From NCBI GenBank assembly GCA_051362555.1, contig CM120645.1:17112001-17176000 (forward strand): a stretch of DNA of 64,000 nt. The letters are read 5' to 3'. This document shows, piece after piece, positions 52,901 to 64,000 of the stretch. Position 1 is the first letter of the stretch, and each line of letters starts with the position of its first letter. The notes below the pieces were generated by a model that saw only the letters and a list, made by a program, of their open reading frames with translations, ran no database searches and was not told the origin of the DNA. The DNA comes from Lingula anatina. Taxonomy: Eukaryota > Animalia > Brachiopoda. Made by a program: the position numbers and the translations under genes.

Positions 52901-55900
52901 CATATGATGAGAGAGTCTTGGGCTAAAGAAAAAATGCTTATCCGCGGAAGAGACAATAGCGATCTACATCACACTGATTTTGAGATAACGAAGATACTGC
53001 GTGTCGAGAACCCCCGAGTGAAGAGCCAATATTTTTGCAAATTACAAGACATATCCAGGAAATGTGCACGAAATCCCATGGACAGAGTGCCATGGATGCA
53101 CGCCTATACGTACCAGCTTTCCGAAATCTTAAATGAGCGTCTTCGAAGTGAACTGAATGAATACTATTTTTTCCACGGGACGAGCACAGATGCTGCTAAA
53201 GGAATATGTGCCAAAGGGCTGGATATTAGTGTTGCAAGCGATACTGCTGCTTTTGGAAAGGGCATTTACCTTGCAGAAAATTCCTCGAAGTCGGACCAAT
53301 ATGGAAGAATAAGTAAGACCGCCATTTGTCTACAACTTTAATAGAAAAATGGCCAAATAGGTGACACCATATCGTTATTCAAAAATGCAATTTGTAATGA
53401 TGATACATCATACGTATAACTGAAATATGTATTGACGAAACTATTTAAACGGGACGTGCCCTTTGAGCGTGTCGAATAAGAAAATGTTGCAATTTGGCTG
53501 ATGGGAATCTGATCCTGATCTTACGTATCATAGAATAAACGTTTTGACATTTACATTGGTCTTTAAGGAAACTGCCAACAGCATTAGAGCGCCAAGCTTA
53601 AAGAGACTTTGGTATAATAAGATGATATGTATATTTTGTATGAAGCTCGAGGGAGAGAAAATTGAATAGTTCCGTTCTGAAATGAAATGTTAAAACCTTT
53701 ACTTTATGTAACACCGGTTTTGTATTTTTCAGATAAATACCGCCGCGGAAGAAAAGGACTAAAAATGTTCCTTGTTCGAGCCTGCCTCGGTCGACCATAT
53801 CTCACACGTGAAATAAAACAATTCCCTTGGCCTCCGTGTACTGTTAAAGGCTGCATGCGAGTCTCATGCAACCACACCAGACAATTTGACTCTGTGATAG
53901 CAGAAATTCCCAAAAAATTGTACAGGGAGTTTGTTATTTTCGACAAAAAAATGTGCTATCCTGAATACATCATCACATACAACAGAAAAAAGTAGTGTAT
54001 CCAAACGACTTAAACGACTTAATTCAATATTCGGTGAAAAGTCTGTTTTATTTCTATTCCGAGGTTCCTGACTTTGCTGCTGACTGAGAATGCGTCAAGG
54101 TACACAAAGAGAGGTATAGTTTCATTCGAAAGAAGTACGGGGAAAAGTGGTTTAGTTTAGACTATTGAAAATGGGCGTTACTAAAGGAACGAAGACGATA
54201 TTAACTCTAATGGTAGGATTAACATTAATTTTAATTTATGTGGTTTAACAATATATATACATGTATAATGAAATTTGGTAATCCAAAATATGCAGTTTCA
54301 AGACAGACTGGGGACATTTGCACTTTTATATTTGATGACAAAAATATCGAAAAAGGAAAATGTATACATGATATTTAATGTGAGGGCATATAATGGAGAG
54401 CAGTATATTTGTAAAACTTTCTCTCTTTTCCTGTAATGAAACACCCGGATGTATTCAAAGGTGCAGGTCCATGTATTTTACGCGACATACTTAATAATAT
54501 GATTGTGGTGATGATGAAGGATTGACCAATTTTGTAAGCATTATCAAACCAATTGCGTAAAGTGTAACTGTTTGTTGAGGTCCATTGAAGACGTGTGGAA
54601 AACGCATTCACTTACATACTGTGTTATTATAATCAGTCAACAATATAATCATTCACTTTGTTTCGGCCTTGCATGAATATTTATCATTCTCTGTGTGGGT
54701 ATGCCTGAGACAAATGTATATCTAAAATCTGATAGGTAGAAACCCTCACCTATTTACTATTGCATATCAATTAGAATGTCAATTAGTTGCTGCCACTGTG
54801 GCATGCATATAGATACCCTGTAGATAATGTGTATACAAACCGAGTTCTTGTACATAATAAGGGGACTTAAGATTTGGAACTGAAGATGTGAGGGTGTTGT
54901 TATATTTCCTGTCCTATGCATCAGTGACAAGTGGAATTTCAGAAGAACCTGGACAGGGAGTATCATGGAACCCTACATGTTTGTGATGAATTGTGTACAT
55001 ATGTTGTGGTATTGGGAACTCTCATTATAAGGCATGGACTTACTAACGTATATATCTGTATATCCACTGAAGATTTAGAGTTGCGTCTTATTTATAGCTT
55101 AATAAAGTTTTGTATTACTGTGATGATGATAAAGATACTTTCATATTTACTGACCGCTTATTTTTCAGTTCATTACTGTGCTTGCAATAATATCCATAGG
55201 ATCCAAACATGTTTCAAATAATGACCCATCGGACAATAAACCATATCGGACTATAAGCAATGAGCAATGAATTCATACCCCACCTTTGCAAACGCAAACC
55301 TTTAAAATGCTCGGTGCAGCCCAAGTCGTGTGACCTTTCATAATTCCATCACAAGTGCTTTTAAATTAAAATTTTTTAGCAGCATCTAGTTTGCCTTGAT
55401 TATATACAAGGTGAATTAAAAAAAGCAAATATAACAGGTCCATGCATGTCTCTCTCTTATTTTGACAGTAATATAAACTTGCTAGTTTCAGTTGTTCTCT
55501 GTATCGGAGATCTGTACGATAACAATCAGAATGAAAAAAATGTTTACTTTTCACGACCCATATTCATAGATTTATATTGCATTAGTTTAACGGCCAGTGA
55601 TGACACATTTACTGGGTACCACTAGCACACTCGGGGACAGGACACATGTACCGGGAAAGACATAGTGGGATATTTACGTTTTTTCTCCATTTCCGGCGAC
55701 ATCCTTGGGACTCAGTAGTACCTGTAAAAACCATACAGAGTGTTAACGCTTCATTGGGACTACAATGGTTAATCCCGGTTTTACTATAGGCTCAGAAGGG
55801 CATATAAAATTACGTGTTGTTTCGCTAGTTATGTTGCTCATACAAAGATTCTTCCTGGAAAGCAACATTAACCTTTAACTTATGTCGACGCGAAAAAGAT

Positions 55901-57756
55901 TTTAGTTACCGTTTCAACAGTAATAAGCACATACAGTACCCACTTAGTTCAAGATTAGTTCATTCTTAGTTCATTTGTACGTGTATGTGTTGACTAACAT
56001 TACACATTTATTTTCATGCTTTAGCCATAAAATAACATGGCTAAACGGAAGAGCTTATAAAATAATAAAATGAAATAAAGAAAGAAATACAAGACAATCA
56101 ATTAATGGTGAAGAAGAAGTAATAATGAATATTTCCACAACCCTAAAACATTTGATATATTTACTTCGTAGACACATCTAACCTTATTTTCAGATAGAAT
56201 AGACTAACGATTGGACTAGGTAGATTGCACACATTGTGACTATGAATGTTCAATACTTGTTCGTTTATTCAGTCAGCTTCTTGGCCTTTTCATACCTTAT
56301 AAATACACTCATAACCTCGCACTCATTGTGTGTGTCCTCTTAAACGAGGTCATGAAGTTTGCGTTCGAGAGGCTACCGACAAAATAAAAAAGGGGTCTCG
56401 CCATGTTTTTTTTTTCATTTTTTATGGTACAATTTACTCATATGGTGTCTTCCATAAAACACGACTTTCATAGGTTTATAGTCCATTAAAGTGATGGAAA
56501 TATGCGCTACGTTGAAGACTTTGTTGTATTGTAGAAAAAGGGTGACAGCTTAAGCGCTTTGTTTTCATTTTCAGATGGCAACAAGTCATCAAAATCCTGG
56601 TTTCCGGAGAAACAGTCAACAGCATACTCCTTAACTGTGGCCTAACAGTCCTTAGATTTGCCTTTTGATCCAACATGTCATTTGGAGGCATGTCTTGTAT
56701 CTTAATCATCGTGTTGATGGTATATTGTGATCGCTGTTAAGCTCGTGAGATATTTGCTGAAGACTGTGTGGTGGAAAGTGTTGTTCACCTGTCAGTCATA
56801 TGGCAACTGGCCGCGCGTAGGAAAATATTCAGAATTATATTGAGGTTGAACCAATCTGGTGATCCAGAGGAAAAAGTAAATGCTGACGTTTGTAGGAAGG
56901 TTAGTAGCCAGAGATACATTTACAAACTGGTTAAGTCAGTACCTCAAAGGACTGACGACGTCATAAAGCTTCGTGGCAGCCACATGAGATCATATACCAA
57001 ATATATTATTACTCACCAGAAGTAATACAAATGGAGAAAGTTTCACAAATGTTGAAAGTCTTTTGTTAAAACCAGAAAGTATAGCAAAGCATTAATATGC
57101 AGGTTGACTTATGTATTTTATCAAAGTTTCAACTTATTTAAACCACAGATGCACATGTAATACATATACAGTATTTTGTTAAAATGCTACATCATTTTAC
57201 GCACTAATTTTTGGTTTCATACATTTTGCAATGCATGCATCTAATTGTACTTGTAACTGCAAATGATTAACTCCATTCCCGGTTTTGTCGAATGCCATTT
57301 TTAGCGTTTGTGTCCTCTCCTACTTTAACCATATTTAGCAATCAATTGTTATATTCTTGTAGAGACCAGTAAAGCGTTGGCAGCCATTGCTCTATTTTGT
57401 TTGTGCATCAACGGTAACTATACAGATCGATGTATTTCAAATGACTGAAAAGAAATAGGGCATATCACTAAATTAGTTCGGAAAGAATATGACCAGTAAA
57501 AGTTTTTAGAAGGTTTGCCAAAACACTGAACACAATTCCAAAGGAGAAAAGAGATTATTTACTCAAGTTTAGCATTTTACGAAACCAAAAACGTTATCTA
57601 TACGTCGAGATAACAGTGACCCAACAAAACACGTTAATCAAGGTAGCCAAGGAAACTAGATACAAAAACAGGTTGATTTTATCTACGTGCAGTGATCATC
57701 CTCGATAGCTGCAGTCGTGACGCTATTAATTTTGACTATCTCAACTGCAGAGATGT

Positions 57757-57770
57757 GTCACCTTGGCAAC
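57757..57770. promoter_or_regulatory. RFX X-box-like motif GTCACCTTGGCAAC upstream of TM-PARP copy 2
   Basis: 14-bp imperfect palindrome fitting the X-box consensus, about 97 nt upstream of ATG 57867, followed by a TGACG half-site. Confidence 0.5.
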
Positions 57771-57866
57771 ATGACGCCAGTTAACCCTGTAAAGCGGAGG
57801 ATCTGAGTTTACCTTTCCGTTATCTAGGGCCCCATCTGACAAAACCGGGTCTCTCGACACTGCATC

Positions 57867-60800
57867 ATGGCGAATTCAACAACAAACGGGACAAACGGTA
57901 CAAACAGGACCTTAGTAGACAGCGTTACGACGTTGTCAACTTGGTCGATTAGTGAAACTACCACTGACAGTTATTTCACAACAACCGGTCTCGGGGACAT
58001 CCATTTACTTGTCCCAACCATGAATTATTCCAAGTACTCTTTGGAAACTTACACAACTATCTACTGGTCAGGTAGGTTAACTTTAATTGTTAAACCGTTA
58101 AAATGAATATACGGTACAAATTAACTGTAAATATTCGTAAGAACCCAGTGATATAGTGGAATTGTTTTTATCATCGGACAGGAGATTTTTGTCAACTATA
58201 GAGCACACATTATTTTTGATCGGGTCATTAGTTACAGGTACGCTTTGATACAGTGAGCTTTCTTATTTCCTGAACACAAAGCGGCATGGGGCTGTTTAAG
58301 ACATTTGGGATTTATAAGCGATGTCGCGATCAATGATAAGGGTATCTCTACCTCTTCTGGTCAGAAAATGTCTTCGCTTCACAGGCTTTGAAATATGCAA
58401 CACGTTCATCGACTTGTTATATAAGATTTGATAATAATATTTGGGGTAGGCCTATCTGTCGTATACAGCCTGTCTTTGTAGACAAGAAGGTTGAACTAAT
58501 CAAAACTTCGTCATTTCAAAATGGTCGTTTTCTATAGACACAAACCACTAGATGTCTTTTAACTAAATATCCGTAAAACTTTATAGAGCAAAATCATCAC
58601 CGCCTAATTAAATCAGAACTTTAAGTTTTATTTTTCAAAACTCTCTACTAAAACGTACAAAATGCGCAATATCGCACTACACCTTGCCTACTTTCACTTT
58701 TGAGACAGCTTTTCGATGTTAATGCTAGCATATTGATTTGTGAGATTTTGATAAGTGCTGTGTCAATATTATTTTTCATTGCCATTGGTTACCTTGCCGG
58801 TTAACTGTGCTGGCAGTGTATTCATTAGTTAATAGTTTCAAATAAAACATCGATAAACCCTTTTCATTCTAATTAGAATACAATAAGTGTTTGGGGAAAA
58901 ACACAACGATGTCGTATGTTCTCTTGCGAGCTTTTTTGACGGTTTGTTCCACATTTTGCACAGTACAAAAACTATTTATCGTCTGAAGTCGTCGCCAAAA
59001 GGCATATGTATCCGAAAGGGGGACTTAACGTGGCTTACCTGCTGGTCTAGTTGATTCCGCACTGAAATAAAACTCCTGTCTTTTTTATCCTGTCGGGAGC
59101 CTCTCACTACCTGTGCTGTAAAGCAAAGGAAATACTGATGAGGCTTCCTAGTTATGATTCTGAAAGTTAATCATACTGGCTATGATAAAGGGCTATTAAA
59201 ATCTGGAAATGCAGTGTCCCTTTGTGGCAAGACATTTATAAACGATTTTTAAGGATGAATTACGTCATAAAAAGAATTATACTAGTTTAGGCTTGTCAAA
59301 GAATTCTCATTTTGCATTTAAAGCCTTTTTTCATTTTGAAACGTGACTGAGGTTTCTTGTTATCTCATCCAGGAAATATATTGATATATTTTTCTACCAT
59401 CACTTGTGCTTCTATCTTAATTAACACAAACATTAGCCTATTTTACATAAGGAATTATTGTTTGAAAATAAATTTGTGTTCTAAATTTGTATTGAAATGG
59501 AAAAATAGATTCATTACTACCCTTGAATATGTTTTGCTTTTGCAGTATCAGCATCTTCCCTAATGCTCGTTTTACTTGCCTGTATCTGCCTCCAAACTTA
59601 CGTTTACAGGAAAGGAAAAAAGTAAGTAATTATAACTAGCTTCTGCTTTTAAAGATCTTTTTGGGTATTATTCATGTACAGAACATTGTGTACTACATTA
59701 ACATTCGTCACCATCTCAAATACTAGCCGGTAGTTAAATGCTTTCATTTTTATTGTGAACGTCTACAATTGGATATATTTGACAGCTTTTCTATTACATA
59801 GTAAAATATATGCTGGTTTGACGAGGGAGAAAACCATGGCCATCAAAACATCAGTGGAAATAGAAGAAGATGAAGACTTGTGCGTGTGGTCTGCAAAGAT
59901 ACTCGTGGAGATAGAGCGGCCTCTATTGGTGGATATATTTAAATGGGCAGGCGTTTGTGCTTTATGTCTGGGGCTATTGCTGGCGATTCCTGCAAGATAT
60001 GCATTAATTCCGCTACTCCTGTATGACGTATCACAAGCCATTCACGTATGTGTGTTGTATGTGAAAAAGATGGAAAACAAGGACAAAGATGCTGTATTTC
60101 AAGATGTTAAACGCGTTCATCTTTCGTATACACTTCTTGCTGGATTTCCCGCTGGATCAGTGGCAAAGATTCTTGGCACACTGTGGCTGGACGGAATATG
60201 GGACAGTTGGGGCTATTCAGATTTTGGCTTTACTATTCTCTTCGCACCTCATACAATCCTTATTTTTATTGCTGCACCAATTGTGTTTTTAACATTTTGC
60301 TGCGCATGCTGCAAGTGCAGTGAATCAGAACCGTGTAAAGACAGAAAGTTTTTGCTGATTTGCTGTTTGCTATACGTCATCTTTAGCTTATTGTGGCTTG
60401 TTGGAGCGGTTTTGATGATATCAAGTTCCCCATACGACATACATGGTATTGTCCATCAGATAAGTGCTGCCATCTATACAATCATAGTGCAGGCTATAAA
60501 CATGAACCTTCCATGGGCTCTTGGCTTCGCCTTTGTTTTTGGTGCCTTCTTCCTTTATGCGATGACACTGTTCCTGTATGTAGCCAACAATGGTAAGTTG
60601 TCAAAGTATATAATTATTGTTTCTAGAGCAGCCTTATACAAGCGTTTTTTATTTTTGTAATGGCGATTTAAGCATGTTGTTTATTTTTCCTAGAGTTAGA
60701 GATGATGAGCTGAACAGTGAAATGAACTTTACATGAAGTGTGGATAACTGGATTAAAATACATTCATCATTTATCCATGGATTGTATATTCCAGGAAGAC

Positions 60801-62590
60801 TGTTGAAAGTTATTCCTGAGTTCTCAGATGCCTGGTGTTTTGGTTGGTCGTCAGTGATACTGGTTTACTTCCTTGACAACCCGGGTGACGTCAGTTCGTT
60901 GTCTATCAAGGTGTATGCCATGTTTCCGTTGCTGTTCTCGTGCCTTATAGGTCTAACGTATGATGTCTATAGAATCTTCCGTATGGCCAGAAAACGTCAA
61001 AAGCTTTTGGAGAAAAGAAAGATACAGCAAGATGAAGCGAATCAAGTGACAGAAATGGAAGTACAAGCACCAGATTATTGGGTTAATTTTCAGGATGATT
61101 TTAAGAAATGTGCAGGTAAGGGAACTATTTTTTTACCATCTAGAACTGCTGTATTCTTTCTAGGCATTCCCTGTTTACATAAATATAAGTAACGAATTGC
61201 AAAGTTTCATATCCCATGTCCTCCCTAATATACACTATTGCATTTTTCACTACGTTTAAATTGCGTAAATCAAATTTACATTTTTAAAGAAAGAATCAAT
61301 TATACATAAGAACACAAACATTTTCATAGAGTATCAAAATCATGTTCGTCATCTTGTAGGGGAGGAGGGAGGGGTCATGACAGTTGAAATCGGCGGCCAA
61401 ATACGGAAAGAGGTCAAACATATGATGAAAGAGTCTTGGTCTAAAGAAAAAATGCTTATCCACGGAAGAGACAGCGTTGGTTTACATCACACCGATTTTA
61501 GGATAACGAAGGTAGAGCGCGTCGAGAACCCTCGGCTATGGAGCCAGTATTTTTGCAAATTACAAGATTTATCCAGGAAATGTGCACGAAATCCTATTGA
61601 CAGAGCGCCGTGGATGCACGCATATACGGACCAGCTTTCCGGTATCTTAAATGAGCGTCTTCGAAATGAACTGAATGAATACTATTTTTTTCACGGGACA
61701 AACACAAATGTTGCTGAAACAATATGTGCCACTGGGCTGGATTTTAGGATTGGAAACGAGGGACTCTTTGGAAAGGGCATTTACCTTGCAGAAAATTCCT
61801 CGAAGTCGGACCAGTATGCATGGCTAAGTAAGACCGCCATTTCCTACAACTTTAATAGAAAATAGGTGACCCTATATTGTTGTTTAAAATTATATTTTGT
61901 AATGAAATTACGTCATACGAATAACTGAAATATGCATTGACAAAACCATTTAAACAGGAATTGCCTTTTGATGGTGACAAGTAACTAAAAGCTTTGATGT
62001 GGCTGAGTGAAAATTGATCCTGATCTTACGTACATAATAAAATAAACATTTTGACATTTCCACTGGTCTTGTTACGCTGATTGTATAAATAGTATTTATT
62101 TTCTGGGCTTGTAAAATACCTTCTACTTTCTGCTCACGTTGGAATAAAATTATTTATCTATCTATATAGCAAGCCGTCACAAGCATCGGAGAGGCAACCT
62201 CAAATAGACTTGGGTATTTTGAGCTGATATGTATATTTATATGTGGAGAGGAAGAGCAAACTGAGTAATTGTGCTCTGATATGAAATGTTAAAACCTTGA
62301 GATTATATTAACCCTTTTTGTATTTTTCAGGTGCGACAGACCGCGGAACAAAAGGATTAAAAATGTTCCTCGTTCGTGCCTGCATCGGTCGACCATATCT
62401 CACACGTGAGAAGAAACAATTTCCACGGCCTCCTTGTACTGAGAAAGGCTGCATGCAAGTCGTATGCAACCATACCAGTCACTTTGATTCCGTGATAGCA
62501 GACGTTTCCAATATGTTGTACAGAGAGTTTATTATTTACGAGAAAACAATGTGTTATCCTGAATATATCATCACGTACGACAGAATATAG
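57867..62590 (+). CDS. Multi-pass transmembrane protein with C-terminal PARP catalytic domain, copy 2 (intact, 706 aa). Exons 57867-58071, 59546-59621, 59802-60592, 60795-61115, 61360-61827, 62331-62590
   Basis: All introns are GT-AG with matching phases (1,2,1,1,1); total 2121 nt. N-terminal NxS/T sequons; about 8-10 hydrophobic segments; PARP motifs RVENPRLW, NEYYFFHGT, FGKGIYLAENSSKSDQY, MFLVRACIG, FDSV, YREFIIY, CYPEYIITY. Confidence 0.87.
59802..60592 (+). CDS. TM-PARP copy 2 exon 3 (main multi-pass membrane region)
   Basis: Within ORF 59755-60660; catag acceptor, gtaagt donor; closely similar to the copy 1 exon at 51328-52115. Confidence 0.85.
61360..61827 (+). CDS. TM-PARP copy 2 exon 5 (PARP catalytic domain, His and Tyr motifs)
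   Basis: Encodes FFHGT and FGKGIYLA; tgtag acceptor, gtaaga donor. Confidence 0.9.
62331..62590 (+). CDS. TM-PARP copy 2 exon 6 (PARP C-terminal part with catalytic Glu position)
   Basis: Encodes MFLVRACIG...FDSV...YREFIIY...CYPEYIITY-stop; tttcag acceptor. Confidence 0.9.
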
Positions 62591-64000
62591 TATTGAATCC
62601 AATTTAAACGACTTAATTCAATATTCGGTGAAAAGTCCCTTTGATTTCTATGCCAGAGCTTCGTGACTGCGAGAATGAGAATGCGCCAAGATGCACAAGG
62701 GGACGTATAGCCTCAACCGAATGACGTTAGGGGAAATACAAGGTGGTTATACAAGGTGCATTGAAGAAAGCAAATATAACAGGTGCATGGCTCGCAATAT
62801 GGCAGTAACAACAAATTGCTAGTTTCATTGGTTCTCTATAGCGAATGATTACCCCAGGTGTCTGCACTCATTGACACCACCTCTCGATTTTTCACCGAAT
62901 GATTGACAAGTGGCAACCAAAACAGGTCAATTGACATCAATTAAGTTGTTCATTTCATCATCATTGCATTTAAATTGTTCTGCTCCTCCTGGACCCCGTA
63001 ACTCAAAAGCATCGCGCATTGCGACCGAGCGCAAGCGTCTCGATTCCATAACTAGCCCTGTTGTCGCTTACGACAACAAGTTGCAATTACGGTCGTATCA
63101 GTAGTCATCTTTGTTTTGTTATGCAAATGATTTGCTCAGTATATATACGGCCAGCAGTAGTTCTGGGCGCGGCCACGTTTGTATTTGACGAGCAGAAGGC
63201 TCAGGTCGCCAAGTATCAAGATTTTGTGTAGTCACTTCGGCAAAATCTGTGGATCACCATCGGGCGGGAAAAGCCACATTTCTCTGTACGTATTGTTAAC
63301 TATTTGCACAATGTATATGTAAAAGCGTAAGTCGTTTTTGTCTAGCCAAATTTATAGTATGCACAACATTTCCAGTTTCTTATAATTTTAATTATATTTA
63401 ATTAATTAATTAAAATTAATTATTTCTTTTTATATTTGTATTCAGTTTATATTATATTTGTGTATTTTTATATAATCAGTTTGGTGTTTATATTTCATTA
63501 TTTTGTTATTTTAGTATCACCATGTCCATGTCAGTGTATGTGCGTGAATAAAGGTGTGAACATTTTCCCGTTGTTTGTGTTCGTTTGGCGTGGGATCCGC
63601 AACAAGTACTCGACACATATAATACACTGCGGCCTCTATGTGATATCGTTATTCGCAATGCCCGATGCTTTCCAGTTACGGGGCCCTGTTTTTTTTTTTT
63701 TTTTACTCTGCTCTAGTATATGTAATTACTACATGATCAAATGTAACTATACTGCATATCTTTGACTGTGAAAAAAAAAGCCTTTTTGTGGCTGTGAGGT
63801 GTGTTTCTGCCCGAATATCATCTGTCTGATAACAGTGGCATTAAACATTAAAAAACATTTATAAAACTAGAAGTAAGAAAGGATAAAAATTAGGGTAGAA
63901 TAAAAAAAACGAATGTTTATATATAATTTTCTTTTAAAAATGAAGCTAATTAATGAAGCTTAAGGCAAAATAAAAATTACATTACAGCCATGGAAATACC

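Larger units (their letters stand above)
45865..53995 (+). pseudogene. Multi-pass transmembrane / PARP-domain gene, copy 1 (probably disrupted). Exons 45865-46051, 50792-50859, 51328-52115, 52340-52567, ~52842-53312, 53733-53995
   Basis: Colinear with copy 2. Exon 2 is 68 nt versus 76 nt (frameshift giving an immediate stop in exon 3). The exon 5 acceptor reads TG (52840-52841). Exon 4 is 93 nt shorter. The PARP exons are still open (FFHGT, GIYLAENSSKSDQY, YREFVIF, CYPEYII). Confidence 0.7.
42580..55510 (+). repeat. Segmental tandem duplication, unit 1 (TE-expanded, ~12.9 kb)
   Basis: 42583 caatcagaatgaaaaaaatgt and the 42660-42740 block match 55523 and 55566-55645; colinear homology continues through all exons. 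Confidence 0.88.
55520..62845 (+). repeat. Segmental tandem duplication, unit 2 (~7.3 kb)
   Basis: Its end (62767-62845, aaagcaaatataacagg...ttgctagtttca..gttctct) matches 55421-55505, placing the head-to-tail junction near 55510. Confidence 0.88.

Noticed and set aside
62850-63300. CpG-rich stretch after the duplication end (possible promoter or TE end)
   Set aside because: No ORF, terminal repeat partner or motif could be supported within the window.

Overview
Eukaryotic genomic DNA: AT-rich, GT-AG introns, and a repeat landscape suggesting a marine invertebrate, probably mollusc-like (inference). (1) 6990-33776 (+) is a complete novel protein kinase C gene of the delta/theta class, reconstructed by hand as 16 coding exon positions (701 or 708 aa). 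Its second coding exon is present as two tandem paralogous copies that look mutually exclusive. (2) 37341-38450 (-) is a single-exon 369-aa uncharacterised protein with HAD-like motifs, convergent with PKC. (3) About 42580-62845 is a head-to-tail tandem duplication of a 6-exon gene. The gene encodes an Asn-glycosylation-rich N-terminus, a multi-pass membrane region and a C-terminal PARP (ADP-ribosyltransferase) catalytic domain with an H-Y-E triad. Copy 2 is intact (706 aa). Copy 1 has a frameshifted exon 2, a mutated acceptor and several transposon insertions whose empty sites are visible in copy 2. Both promoters carry an RFX X-box-like motif about 100 bp upstream of the ATG. Also present: two minisatellites, a Helentron/HINE-like element carrying ~160-bp satellite units, several MITE families, a 5'-truncated LINE, a decayed Tc1 transposase, and a sharp CpG-poor to CpG-rich transition at about 36.1 kb. 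All exon boundaries and family assignments were read by eye, without database searches.
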